Shown here: positions 1-11,491 of the stretch, in pieces
Layout: every line of letters begins with the position of its first letter
Position numbering within the stretch: the stretch's first letter is position 1
Assembly (NCBI GenBank): GCA_032718475.1
Contig: JAUCBJ010009081.1
Coordinates: forward strand, 1-64,000
Source of the DNA: Nemertoderma westbladi
Taxonomy: Eukaryota; Animalia; Xenacoelomorpha
Length of the DNA stretch: 64,000 nt
Direction: 5' to 3'
Translations under genes and position numbers: made by a program
The notes under the pieces: model-generated
What the model was told of the DNA's origin: nothing
The model's database searches: none
What the model saw: only the letters and a program-made list of their open reading frames with translations

Positions 1-1
1 A

Positions 2-328
2 GTAGGTGGTGTAATATACGAGCCTAATTTTACAGATGGAACATATATTTTTGAGTATACTCAATTAATGAAGAACATTAATACATATATTAACGGTTAT
101 GGAGGTAATAATATAGACCATGAAACCTACTTAGGTAATTGCCCCCTCCTATCCTGGGACCTAACCGCCGATGGCTATGTTAGAGATCCGCAACCGTCGA
201 TATATACTAACGGCCAATTAAAATTAAGATTTGCCGAACCGTTGGTTGAAACCATAAATGTAATCGTTTTTAATATTTATGATCAATCATTAAGTTTAAA
301 TAGCAGGAAAGAAATACATATCGATTAA
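2..328 (+). CDS. Maverick major capsid protein, C-terminal part (5'-partial)
   Basis: Frame open from base 2. WDLTAD...GQLKLRFAEPLVETINVIVFNIYDQSLSLNSRKEI resembles the Polinton MCP C-terminus (FDLTPD..LRLELKFAEALxETxNVIVY). Lies immediately upstream of the protease. Confidence 0.8.
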   Translation, partial: VGGVIYEPNFTDGTYIFEYTQLMKNINTYINGYGGNNIDHETYLGNCPLLSWDLTADGYVRDPQPSIYTNGQLKLRFAEPLVETINVIVFNIYDQSLSLNSRKEIHID

Positions 329-330
329 GT

Positions 331-786
331 ATGTTATCTACAGAGGACCTTGATATGTTTCCAGTGGGTGGTCACTATTTGGGTGCGTTTCCAGCTAATA
401 AATCACCTAAATTAGATAATAATAATAAGCGAAGAGATTATGGGTTAATAGTAAATACCGATAAAGAGCATCTGCCTGGGATTCATTGGATCGCAATATA
501 TATACGAGATAATGAGGCTGAAATATTTGATTCATTCGGATCAAAATATCCAAACAGATGCATCGAAAAATGGCTTGAGAAAAATTCCGCAAGATGGCGT
601 ACTTCTCGCAAACAATTTCAAGACCCAAGGAGGACCACATGCGGTCTATACTGTCTTTATTACTTGGTAAATCGAATTCACACAAACTATCCAATGAGTG
701 CGTTTACAAATAATGTGGAAATAAATGAAATAATATTATATAAATGGCTTGTTAATTATTATAAAATAAACCAACAAGCGTTGTAA
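331..786 (+). CDS. Adenain-like cysteine protease (Maverick PRO)
   Basis: IVNTD..GIHW (His), FDSFG (Asp), Q.Q....TCGLYC (Gln, Cys): catalytic motifs in the adenoviral protease order. Confidence 0.92.
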   Translation: MLSTEDLDMFPVGGHYLGAFPANKSPKLDNNNKRRDYGLIVNTDKEHLPGIHWIAIYIRDNEAEIFDSFGSKYPNRCIEKWLEKNSARWRTSRKQFQDPRRTTCGLYCLYYLVNRIHTNYPMSAFTNNVEINEIILYKWLVNYYKINQQAL

Positions 787-817
787 TTAATCATTTAACT
801 TTTGTTTATCAGATAAA

Positions 818-1420
818 ATGGATAATATTATTTTTGTTGATTTTCAATATTATAAGATAGACAATAAGGAGTATCCGGTAGTATTTAAAGAATTTGCTAT
901 ATTCGATTCTAATTACACCAAAACTAATGTAAAGACGTTTTTAATTAAAGGCCCCCCTAATATTAAATTATCAGCTTTAGATGTAGCTCACGTAAACAAT
1001 TTACGAGACATGACTTCTCATTTGCCTTGGGACTACGGTGACATTTCGCAAATTGACTTTAAAAAATATATGAAGAGACATTTAAAATATAAAAAAAATA
1101 TATATGTATTTGGGTTGCTGAAACGGGCAATATTAGTTTCCCAACTTTATGTTCTCGCGCCAAATTCGATGGAGAAATTGGGAATATATAAGCAATATCA
1201 CGATTATTTAACCCCTTGTCGCTTCCACGATCAATTTACTACAGTAGAAAATAAATGTGCGTTCCACTTAAACATAAGGGATAACTGTCTGCGATACTGC
1301 TCAGCAAAACGCGTAGGGGGGTATGAGATGCTACGATTTTTCATGAGAAAGCGTTTAACTGCGACTGTTGATGATAAACAGAAAGAAATAACTGCGGTGG
1401 AAGATGTACTCATACAGTAG
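818..1420 (+). CDS. Maverick accessory protein, probable DnaQ/DEDD-like fold
   Basis: IIFVDFQ...KEFAI, LPWDYGD, IYVFG..K and C-terminal C..H..CA motifs recall a Polinton-associated exonuclease-like family. Followed by AATAAA near 1506. Confidence 0.55.
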   Translation: MDNIIFVDFQYYKIDNKEYPVVFKEFAIFDSNYTKTNVKTFLIKGPPNIKLSALDVAHVNNLRDMTSHLPWDYGDISQIDFKKYMKRHLKYKKNIYVFGLLKRAILVSQLYVLAPNSMEKLGIYKQYHDYLTPCRFHDQFTTVENKCAFHLNIRDNCLRYCSAKRVGGYEMLRFFMRKRLTATVDDKQKEITAVEDVLIQ

Positions 1421-1460
1421 GTTTAACTGCGGTGGAAGATGTACTCTTACAGTAGGTTTA
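1390..1460 (+). repeat. 35-bp tandem duplication across the stop codon of ORF 818-1420
   Basis: aactgcggtggaagatgtactc(a/t)tacagtaggttt occurs twice in tandem. Confidence 0.85.
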
Positions 1461-2134
1461 CTCTAAGCTTGTAATGTGATGGGATAATATATTTGTTTTA
1501 ATGTCAATAAAAAATAATAAAAACATTAAAATCTTTTTTTATATCGCTGTTTACACTCACAAACACACCACACCTACCGGTAGCCCTCTGTTGTATCAGA
1601 GTTTAACTACCAGTAGCTAGCTGACTTTACTCATACAGACATATAGAATGGCAGAATGGCGCCCTTCTAGACTGACAGCAACCACAAGGCTTTAGCACAA
1701 GGCTTACTAAATAATAAAATTAAATTAACTCAACATGGAGGGTTCGTGAATGCCGCATTAGAGAGGCCCTCCTAACAATAGGCCTACTGGTACCGACAGC
1801 CCTGTAGCCCTCTTCCAACTGTATACTGGTACTTGAGGATAGAGCAAGGGCATACCGGTTTCTTTGATTTAAGGATTACACTATTACACTTGAATGCTTC
1901 CAATTTTCTGTTTACAACTTTAATTGGTCTAATCTACATTACTGCGGGCTACTACTGTTGCATAGGTAAGCCTATACAGCTATAGTTAACTTTATGCGGG
2001 GCCCTTTTTCGCATGTTGACCCAATATGGTTTACGGTTAACCTGTAGTACTCGCGGATAGGTAAGGTGCACTTTCATTCGGTTAGGCCTATAGGCCTAAT
2101 GACTACTCCTCAACTGAAAGTTGACTAGCTCATT

Positions 2135-2400
2135 GATACAATAGGTGTGGTTAGGTACCGGTAGCGCTATTGGACCTATAAAATCCCCTCGCACTCTCTG
2201 TTACTAACTTTCAACATTCACTTTATGACAGTATGTTGTATGCTATACCGTTAACCTTTAGAACTCTTGGTTAGGGGCGCCATCATTCAACCAGTCATAT
2301 AATGGCTCCACTCGGATACAATAGGTGTGGCTCGCGGTATACCTAACTAAGCCTATATAAAATCCACCCCATTCTCTGTTACTAACATTCACTCTATGTT
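2135..2400 (+). promoter_or_regulatory. Two related TATA-containing promoter-like modules
   Basis: GATACAATAGGTGTGG...CCTATA(TA)AAATCC...CTCTGTTACTAAC...ACATTCACT at about 2135-2225 and 2316-2398. Confidence 0.4.
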
Positions 2401-2556
2401 GACGGGACTATATAAAACATAGTTAGTTTATTTATGTATTCGCTTTTTTTAATTAGATATAAAATATAAAATATACAATACAATATAAAAACCTACTGAT
2501 ACCGGTAACATACGTGACTAATTATATAGGCCTATGAGTCTACCTGCTATACGAGT

Positions 2557-2910
2557 CTACTGACGTATTCTCGGATCAGATGGAAGTAGTAGAGTTGGTG
2601 TTGGAACTGGAGCTGCTGCTAAATCTTCATGTTCACCCCAGTTCTCTCCCCTACTATAATTGTCTAGACTTATCTGATGCGCCGCTCCAGGTTGAACTCT
2701 AACGTTTAAATTGAAGTTTTTATTGGTCGTCAATGTGGTTTGGTGACCTTGGCTGCCGCTGGTTTTATTTTTAATCATTATTGTTATTTCACCGTTGTTG
2801 TTTTTTAAATGTAATTCAGTTACATTTAATGAAGTGAAATAAAGGTCGTCTCCATCAACATCAAATTTTAATAAACAGTCGTCGCTATTTTCAATGAAAG
2901 AAAATGCCAT
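2557..2910 (-). CDS. Hypothetical Maverick protein (117 aa)
   Basis: ATG-started ORF inside the element with natural composition; no recognised motif. Confidence 0.45.
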   Translation of the reverse strand: MAFSFIENSDDCLLKFDVDGDDLYFTSLNVTELHLKNNNGEITIMIKNKTSGSQGHQTTLTTNKNFNLNVRVQPGAAHQISLDNYSRGENWGEHEDLAAAPVPTPTLLLPSDPRIRQ

Positions 2911-3659
2911 CTTGGATGTCGGTGTTGGATGTTGGATGTCGGAACTGAAGTTTGTTGATTGATAGAGAAGGATTTTCGGAACTGAAGTTGGTTGAGGTTA
3001 GTTTTTTTTTTTTTTCAAATATGAAGATAAGTTAGGCCTAGTCTATACCGGGATTTATTTTTTTATGTTACGGTAGGGAAACAAAATTATAGTTCACTGT
3101 CAGAAAAATTGAGTTTATATATATTTTTGTAGAGGGTCGCAGATGTGTACATTACAAAATTCTCATAGTTAACAAAATGCACAACATAAACCTTTCCCAG
3201 GCGGATTAGCGATATATGCTCTGTTCGTTGTTCTATTCTGAATGTAGGGAGATGCATAGCCGATGTTTTAATGATATGTACCGGTATACAGACTAGTAAC
3301 AGATAGGAGGGCATCGTCTTTGACTATGAATACCAGCACATAGCCCTAATCTTTTCTCACCGAGCTTAGCGTTGCCCGCCGCACTCACGCACACTCATAA
3401 GTAACAGATGCGCTATTGTAACTCACTCGTGAGCAACAATGCCAAGTTAGGTAGCTAGCTACAGCCCCTGAGTATACTATGCCTACTTGAGTGTTACAAG
3501 CAGCAATCGCTCTACCAAAGTTAATTTCCCCTCAAACTAGTTGTTGATTTTAAAAAAATATTCATAATTTTTTTCCAGCCAATTTAATATATATATATAT
3601 ATTTTACAGTAAAAATCTCCACCACCAAACAGCAACAACAACAATAAATTTCACTCACA

Positions 3660-4241
3660 CTAATTATATTTTACAACAAAAACCCTCGCACCAAACAATA
3701 ATAAATTATTAACCAGTTTGTTGAATATAGGATAATATATATGAAATTTAAACGGGGAACACATTAATGTACATTTACCGGTGTAGAAGCAGCAAACAAC
3801 AACATTATTATTTATTCTGACTTTACAGTTATTGAATATTTCAGGCTCGTATGAAATTTCTAGTTTAACATTATCAAATATAACATAAAACCCGATATTG
3901 TTTATAAGTAACCTATAAATTACGGTATCTATACTAAAAATATAAGTACACAAATTGATTGATTTAAAAATCAAATTAATGTTTGTTTTTTCGAATATAT
4001 GCTTTTTCACTTTATTAAAATTATATTTTCTACCGAGAATTGTTATTCGACCATTTGTAAACATTAATATGGTTGCACCAAATACCTTATATATAAACTG
4101 ATTAGGTTTGAGTACAATTTTACCAGTCAATTGATTTTTTAATTCTTTTAAATTAAGTCCATAAATGATCTGCTTACAACTTATATTTTTATTTACTATT
4201 TGATAATTCATCATCAATACCATCGTCTTTTGGTTCTTCAT
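3660..4241 (-). CDS. Divergent TATA-binding-protein-like protein encoded by the Maverick
   Basis: Two TBP-type repeats: YQIVNKN..LNLKEL...ATILMFTNGRITILG (cf. TALIFSSGKMVCTG) and SYEPEIFNNCKVRINNNVVVCCFYTGKCTLM (cf. SYEPELFPGLIYRM..IVLLIFVSGKVVLTG). About 185-190 aa, the size of the TBP core. Confidence 0.8.
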   Translation of the reverse strand: MKNQKTMVLMMNYQIVNKNISCKQIIYGLNLKELKNQLTGKIVLKPNQFIYKVFGATILMFTNGRITILGRKYNFNKVKKHIFEKTNINLIFKSINLCTYIFSIDTVIYRLLINNIGFYVIFDNVKLEISYEPEIFNNCKVRINNNVVVCCFYTGKCTLMCSPFKFHIYYPIFNKLVNNLLLFGARVFVVKYN

Positions 4242-7200
4242 AAATTGGTATATTTGATATTTTTATAGGTTTTTTGAGGTTTGTTTTATAGTGCCCCCAA
4301 GGAAGCGAATGATTTTTATTAACCCAATAAAGTTTATCGTCAAAGCTACTGAGTGCAAATTTATTTTGCTTTAAGGTATAAATACGATGTAATTTAGATT
4401 GAAATCTGTGTATGTTTTTTTTTATTTCTTCATTTGAGTTATATGCTTTTAAATATTCTTCATGTGTAATATTCGTTTCCACAACAGCTCTTGTAATACC
4501 TTTTGCTCTACGAATATTTTTGTTATTCCATTCCAAAATTGAATATAATTTTGGTCTTAAAAATACTGCTTGTTTAATTTCACGTGAGGCTAGTTCGTCT
4601 TTACAGTAATTGAGTTGGGATTTATTTTTATCGCTGTAGAGAGGGTGATCCATAGGGTAATTGGAAGTATCTAAAATATTATTTTTAATTAATGCTTTTA
4701 AAAAATTATTCTGCGATGTATTATAGTAACAACCTATTAAAAGAGTCTGTGTCTGATGCAGCAATTTTCAATACGACAGTTTTAATTCTTTCTCAATAGG
4801 TAGCAATTTATTGTAGAAACAGCTCATACATATCCAATTTAGCCAAGTCCAAACACAGCGCTACCAATAAAATATAGGCTTATCGAGAGTTTACAGAGTC
4901 TTTCACTAATAAAATGTCCCGATAATGTATTATTGTATATTATAAATTGTTTCATGATTAATACGATTTACCAATTGATCGCATTTATCATTGCTATTTT
5001 GCGATACGAAAAGTTTACATCGATCTCTTATCTTTTCTATTGATTTGCCAAACAGTGAATTATTGAGCAATTTCGCGACAGCAGTTTTCAATGTAACTTT
5101 TTTGCTAGGCGCCCTTTGATTAATATTAAAAATCTATGTAATTTTTAAATACAAATTCTTGTTGAAAAGAATATAATTTATGTAGTTTAGTAACAATTAA
5201 TCCATGTTTTATATAAAATTTTAACAGTTTCAAATGTAAATGATAAAACTCTTTATCAAATTGCGTCAGCAAGAGTTTTGGTGTAGGCATCCTATATTTA
5301 CGGGAGGTACCTCTTTGTATCGATAAATTATTAAATTGTTCCCTCATATAAGGTGAAAGCATTGATTCATTTATACTTAAATGCTCTGGAGCTAACGGTA
5401 ATTGTAATGTTTGATTGTGAATAGCTTTAGGATAATTTAAATCACATATTAAAAAATATCCAGTAGATCCATCAATGTCTAAATCTACCAAGTACTCGAT
5501 TAGTTTTTCTGGAATTGCATTCTCTAAATGTTTAATACTTACTTCTTTGAATTGCGAGGTGGGTAGTTTTTTACTTAAATTCCCTGAATATAAAGAGTTG
5601 AAATCAATATTAAAAATATGGCATTCTTCCTTAGTAGAATCATATGTACTTGTTCCTGGTATATTTGATTCTATATAATGCTTTCGACAAAATGAAACAC
5701 CACCCCTAATTGATTTTTCAAAATCTCTATATGTCTGATAATCCTTTATTAATTCTATTTTACATTTATTATATTTTAGTGCGCAATCATAGGTAAATGA
5801 CGCGATACTACAGTAAAAAACCACTTCTAAATCGTAATTTTGTTTACAAACATTCCTAAAATTCTCAAATATATCAGCAAGCAAACAAACATCGAGTTTT
5901 AAATAGGCTAAAAGATAATCTTTGAGATTCACACAGTCGAATTCAACCCATGATAATTCCGCAAACCTATAATCTTCAATTGTACATGTTTTTTGACTTA
6001 AGTTACTAAAAAAATTATTTATAGATGGCAAACTAGTATCATTAAATTTATTAATATCTGTCAAGTACTCGTATGGAAATACTCCTTTCCGTTTAATTGT
6101 TGAGTTATTCAAGTTTGGATAAAAATATTTCATTTCTTGTAGAGTAATAGGTAAAATTGAGCTTATATCATGACTCGCTACATCCTTTGTTGAACACTCA
6201 ACTAAATTACTTAAAGAAAAGCTTAAAAATTGATATGTGTCCAAGAAACGTAACTCAATTTTTTTAGAAGTGTTTTTAATTGGGATAAATGCACTCAGTG
6301 AAATATATCGTTCTGTATTTCTCGGTATAACCTTTATATCCCAATCTGTGTATTTCTTATCTCTAAATCCTGGTTTGTAATATACAATGTATATCGTAGT
6401 TGTTGGAATTGTGCCCGCAAAGTACATACAGGTATCGTTTCAATGATAAACTTCGGTTACAACTATTACAGGCTGCCGCAATATATTTACCAGTAATATG
6501 TGAATGGTGTCTGTTTTTCCCAACATTATTATTTAAAGTAACATTACAATAGAAACAGAATTTTGCTTGTTCAAAATTTACAAAATCAATATTAGTAAAT
6601 GACATGGTTTTATGAGTGTATATGTCTGACCAACAACATAATTCAGTTAAATCAGTATATAATGAATCTAAGAAATCTTGAATACAATTATTATTATTAT
6701 TTGTCTTTACAAATGTTTTCAAATGACATTTTGGTGGGTCAATTAATTCAGTATTGGGAACAATTAAATAACTCACAGCACACGGTATATGCTCCTGTAT
6801 AAATTGATTATTAACTGAAGGTTGTAAGATACATTCTATATCAAAGTAGGTGACAAACAATGGGGATAAGGTTCTATCTAAATTTGTAAAACTAATGTGT
6901 GTTCTTTTTTTATTAGGTAGTTTCTCGCGCTGACTTCTTCCTTGGTAGCATACGAGACGGTGTCGATGAAGAACTTCCGCTCGAAAAAAATGAGCCAAGC
7001 ACCTTTCACAAAATTGCCTACCTCGGGTATGAAGAGCTCTCGTATTCAGCAATCGATTCAAGTTAGTTATGCAAACATAATGATTCAGTTTAGGTACATT
7101 GTTATTTTTTACTACAAGTAATATATTTAATAACTGTTTATCAGGTGTAATTTTACTAAACGGAGGTTGTCTTAATATAGATACAGGAGTGTGTTTGTTG

Positions 7201-8267
7201 TCGTTATTCCAACATAGTAAATTAATTATATATTTTGAATTTTGTTTTTCAAAAAGTTTAATCGCTAACTGCCACTCTGTTGGATAATCTTTGTTCCCAT
7301 TGTCAAAAATGAAATGACTCATATAATTTTTGTACAATGAAGTATGGTTTTTGTTGTTTTTCACTTTGCTACCAAATTTTGCGGATATAATAGCCCATTT
7401 GAAACAATCATTATCAGCTGTTTGTATATTTATTGTACATTTTTTAGCTGATAAAGCCTTAGGTAATTCCATATATCCATGCCCCTTATATAGTAACGAC
7501 CTACACTTAGATTCAGCTAATTTAATTTCAACCCTTAATAAAGATTTAATACGCCACCCCGAACCACGTGTGTTAAAGATGGCTATTTTTTGTAATATAT
7601 TTCCCAGCACATACTCAAACCATGTGTCAAAACTTTGCAGTGAATCTACAGTATTAATAGCACCACCGGAAGAATTAAAATGAAAGGTTTCCAATTGCTC
7701 GCCTTCTGAAAAATGTGATCTGTACATTAATACATTTAGACCTAACCACAGTCTAAGAACATTCATTTCTTTCAATCTATCTAATATTAACTGAAGAATA
7801 TTACCTCGAATTTGTGCTAATGCTGTTTCTACATCGGGATAATCTCTAGAAGTTGGGAGGTCGTGGACATAAATTTCAAGACGATTATCGTGAGCTTCTT
7901 GTTCCCGCGTAAAAATTGTTGCGCATGTACCAAGAGCCACCCTTAAGTTTTTTCTGGATATTATATTTTTATGTTGCGGAAATTTACTCTTTCTTGTGTA
8001 GTAACATTTCAAGTGACAGTCGTGTCGTATATAATTCTCATATGTATACTCTTTATTACAGGTAGAACAAGTCAATTGATAGGTGCGGAACTCCATTTCT
8101 TTACAACCAGTAGTTGATTCATGTCGTTTACAAATTTCGCTGCATGAAGTCACGACATGACACTTAAAACAAGAATAACCTTCAAAATGTGACCGTAGGT
8201 GGCGTAAGTAATTATGTCTAGTTACATTCATATGACAGAATGAACAACATATTGTTATTTTATCCAT
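4189..8267 (-). CDS. Protein-primed family B DNA polymerase (pPolB), split by several frameshifts
   Basis: N-terminal Zn-finger motifs, GSGW/CFKWAI, YFDIEC (ExoI), endonuclease VII-like C..C..HSHITGKY..AACNSCN, HNSNNYD (ExoII), KGVFPYEY, YLKLDV, SIRGG, DFNSLY (motif A), KLLNNSLFGK (motif B, about 5045-5075), SDTDS (about 4745-4760), LRPKLYS, AKGI. Frameshifts near 6375, 5128 and within 4740-4940. Confidence 0.92.
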
Positions 8268-8459
8268 GTTGAAGTTTGTTTAGATAAATAATAATAATAA
8301 TAATAATAATAAAATATGTCCAAAGATTAAAATAAAATGAAATGATATGATATTGACTATATCTAAACATTTATATGCTAGCGAGGGAAATAATTTTAAA
8401 CCAATCACCAATCGCTTATGGCTATTGGAAACCACAAAGAGTTTAACTTATGATTAGGT

Positions 8460-9525
8460 TTACATATTAGGATAATAATCAGGTTTCCATGGAGAATTAG
8501 TAACAGGCTCTACTAGAACTGGGTTACTGACAACTTTCTGTTTCTTTGCAGGTGATGCGGTGGTAAATTTACTCGATGATCTTGGCTTCCGAGGTAATAT
8601 TTCAGGAAAGACCTGTTGCGGTTGAGAGCAACTCTCTTCAACATCCGGATTAGGTGATGGGATCTCTACGAATGCTTTAGGTTTATCCAAAAGGACAAAA
8701 CCGTCAACACGGGCTTCAGTAAGAGAAACGCCATCCATCGATTCTTTGAGAAAACTAATATGGGCTTTATCATTCAAGTAATGCAACTCGATAGAATTTC
8801 CGCCGGCACCTACTTCAGTAGAATTATCGGTGTTGGTGATAATAATTTTTTTATTATTGGTTTTAATCATTTTGAGACGGTCTGATAATTGAATGATATT
8901 TTTATCAAAAAGATGCTTGTCTGTTTCATCGACTTGGTTGTCCCACTCTCGCAACAAAACGGATAGTTCCTGTTTTGACAAATTGAAACCCGTATAATAG
9001 TTAAAACCAACACTATCAGCGTATCTGAGGCTGATTTTCCATAAGCCAACATAGTTGGTTCCTTTAAAAGCTGTTACAAATCCAATAAACTCTGGATTTG
9101 ATAATTCAATGTAGAATTGATCGCTAATAATCTCTAGCGGTGGAGAGAGAAATTGCAATAATTTCCCTCTGTATTGAATTAGAACTTCAGTAAAAGCTTT
9201 GTTGAGAACTTTACATTTGCCTTGTTTCTGAACGTAAACATCACCCGATGTGGGGTTGATGGAAATATTCAAATTTCCCCGCGCAAAACGAAGAGTGGGA
9301 TATATCCTACCTGGTATAATTGCTGGTCTGGATTGATGTTGGTTGTTGTTGGTTGTTTCTAGAATGTCTAACAGATAGCGGAAAAACAATATGGGAAAAA
9401 CAAATTGATTCGTTGTCCACCTGAGATTCCACAATAAAATACTTGCTGTGAACGACGGTACAAGTATATTTATTGTAAGTAAATTTCCAGCTATTTGTTG
9501 CTCCGGTTTTTTGCGTTAAGGCCAT
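8460..9525 (-). CDS. Maverick protein with a PC4/Sub1-like ssDNA-binding domain; probable start at ATG 9525 with a frameshift near 9380
   Basis: FVTAFKGTNYVGLWK...TGFNLSKQELSVL resembles PC4 (VSVRDFKGKVLIDIREY...KGISLNPEQWSQL). C-terminal basic NLS-like PAKKQK. Confidence 0.55.
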
Positions 9526-9949
9526 AATAATAATAAATACGAAAAATATTACAAGTGATAAATTTTAAACCGTATCGCTGTAATAAATTGACACCATAGT
9601 TCTCACTCTAAAATTGTGTTTGGTAAAACGATAGAGAAAATAAGAGATCACATTTCTCGTTTCTATTAGTAATTAATTAGCAAAGAAAAATGCAATCTTG
9701 TATCTTCTCTATTGTTTTACCAATTTTTTTTACTGGTTTTACAACTCCAATGTTGGAATCAGTATCATTTATTTGAGTGTATGATTTTCCGACCAACGAA
9801 TATACAACGAGTAAGATAATGAAGAAATTATTAAGGAAATAACATAATTTCAGAGTGAGAACAAAAAAAATTAGATATGGTATCAATATATTACCATGAA
9901 GATTACAAGTGATGAATTTTATTAAAAACATTCAGTTATATATAAATTT

Positions 9950-10632
9950 GCGATGTGGCATAGTCAACGAAGAAGAGATGGGACGTGTCATAATCATCAA
10001 CGAATAAGAAAAGAGATGGGGTGCAACGTGGATGAATGGTTGGTTGGTTGGTTACGTGGATAGGAAATATGTGAAAGAATATGAATCATAGGGTTGTGTG
10101 TAATAATAATCAATAATTATAATAAAAACGCACAGTATAATGTTAGTAGTAGTAGCCTTTCAATATGACACAGATGCTGCGGGATCGGTTAGCTTGAGTA
10201 ACTACTATGGAAATGCTCGTATACGCGTAGTTGACACGAGGCGGAATTTCATGCACATGTATCATACTGAGTGGTTGGTTTGTTGGTTTGGCGACGGCTG
10301 TCGTGGAGTTGGCAATCGATATAATATAATATATGCGCGATGCGAGTAGTTGGTGGCCACGTCGTCGTTGTCGCCAACATATACAGTATACAGCGGTGGT
10401 GGTGGTGATGACGTGGTGAAAAGGTGAATAACATTAGGGTTAGGGTTAGTTAGTTAGGCTACGCTACGCTACGATTGGTTGATGGCAACTGCCGATCGAT
10501 GGATGGTGACAGATGTGGCGCGCACCGCAATTTAGCACCGGAATTTGGCATTTTTTAATAGCCCTCCGAATGGAATGTGCATAGCCCAGGCTTAGGGAGG
10601 ACTATGTTGGGGGCCATGCTTTATCTACTACT
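9950..10632. repeat. Probable right terminal inverted repeat of the Maverick (inner boundary uncertain)
   Basis: Non-coding G/T-skewed region with short tandem motifs (TGGT)n, (TTAGGG)2, (CTACG)3, ending ACTACT. The partner TIR is not in the window. Confidence 0.6.
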
Positions 10633-11195
10633 AGTCTAGTCAGTTTGTCTGAAAATAGGACGGACAGTCTGTGTTACATTTTGACGGACATACCGTCTAA
10701 ATAGAGCCAGCGATAACTCGACAACTAAAAAAGATCACGCTTAGCCGTATTCAGTTTTGCAATCCTCATTAAATTATGTTACGTAAATTAAATAAAATTA
10801 TATTTAAATGTAGGATTCTGTGATGAAAGGCGAGTTTTCCATACAAATATGGGAAATTGAATACCGAAGGAGGCCCCCGCCCCAGTGACTATAGGCACCA
10901 GATCCATAATTATTCACCGTTTCGCAAGAGGCTCACATTGACCATTGCCTTGTTTTCCACAGAACTAATTGTAGCCTACGATCTAACAAAACTTATGATT
11001 TATTTGCCTTGAATATCCAGGAAAAATCCACCAAAACGATTTCCACCGGTATTTGTAATTTATTCTCTAATATTCGATTTAACTCTAATTTTTCCTTTTT
11101 CAATTGATGACATCCAATGTAACAGGTTAATACCCAAATCCCCAAATTAATATTTAACATTGTTAATTATTAGTTATTAATTCGCTGATATTGGA

Positions 11196-11491
11196 AGATG
11201 GCTGGTCAGCGTAACAGGCACGTTATTACTCGTGCGACCGCCCATGGGTTCCACCACCTAATCTGCGTCAACCAAACGCCTTTCCACTCGCTATCCACCG
11301 AATGTATATGTCAGTACTGTAACCTCCCATGTACACGACGATATCATGCACTGAACTGCAGCGACTGCCCTCCACTTTCCCGTCTCGCATCTCAATAACT
11401 AATAATTGTATTCAATTTATTTTCTATTTATTTATGTACATTAATTTTACTGGTTTCCATTTACCCCGCCTGGGGGTGTATCGAATTAATA
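11196..11491 (+). mobile_element. 5'-truncated non-LTR retrotransposon with 18-bp target-site duplication
   Basis: TAATTCGCTGATATTGGA flanks the insert (11178-11195 and 11492-11509). The insert encodes HGFHHLIC...CQYCNLPCTRRYHALNC, a CCHC-type ORF2 C-terminus, then an AT-rich 3' tail. Confidence 0.7.

Larger units (their letters stand above)
1..10632. mobile_element. Maverick/Polinton (adintovirus-like) element, right part; left end outside window
   Basis: Cluster of intronless ORFs for capsid, adenain-type protease and pPolB. Ends in ...TATCTACTACT at 10632, the reverse complement of the canonical 5'-AGTAGT terminus. Confidence 0.93.

Noticed and set aside
407-7683. Short ORFs antisense to Maverick genes (407-694, 1231-1413, 4412-4609, 5475-5678, 6599-6802, 7099-7287, 7330-7683)
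   Set aside because: Shadow frames of real genes with no motifs.
11235-11255. NPW on the minus strand as the missing kinase HPWL exon
   Set aside because: No R.TA..CL context, and it lies inside the TSD-flanked LINE fragment.
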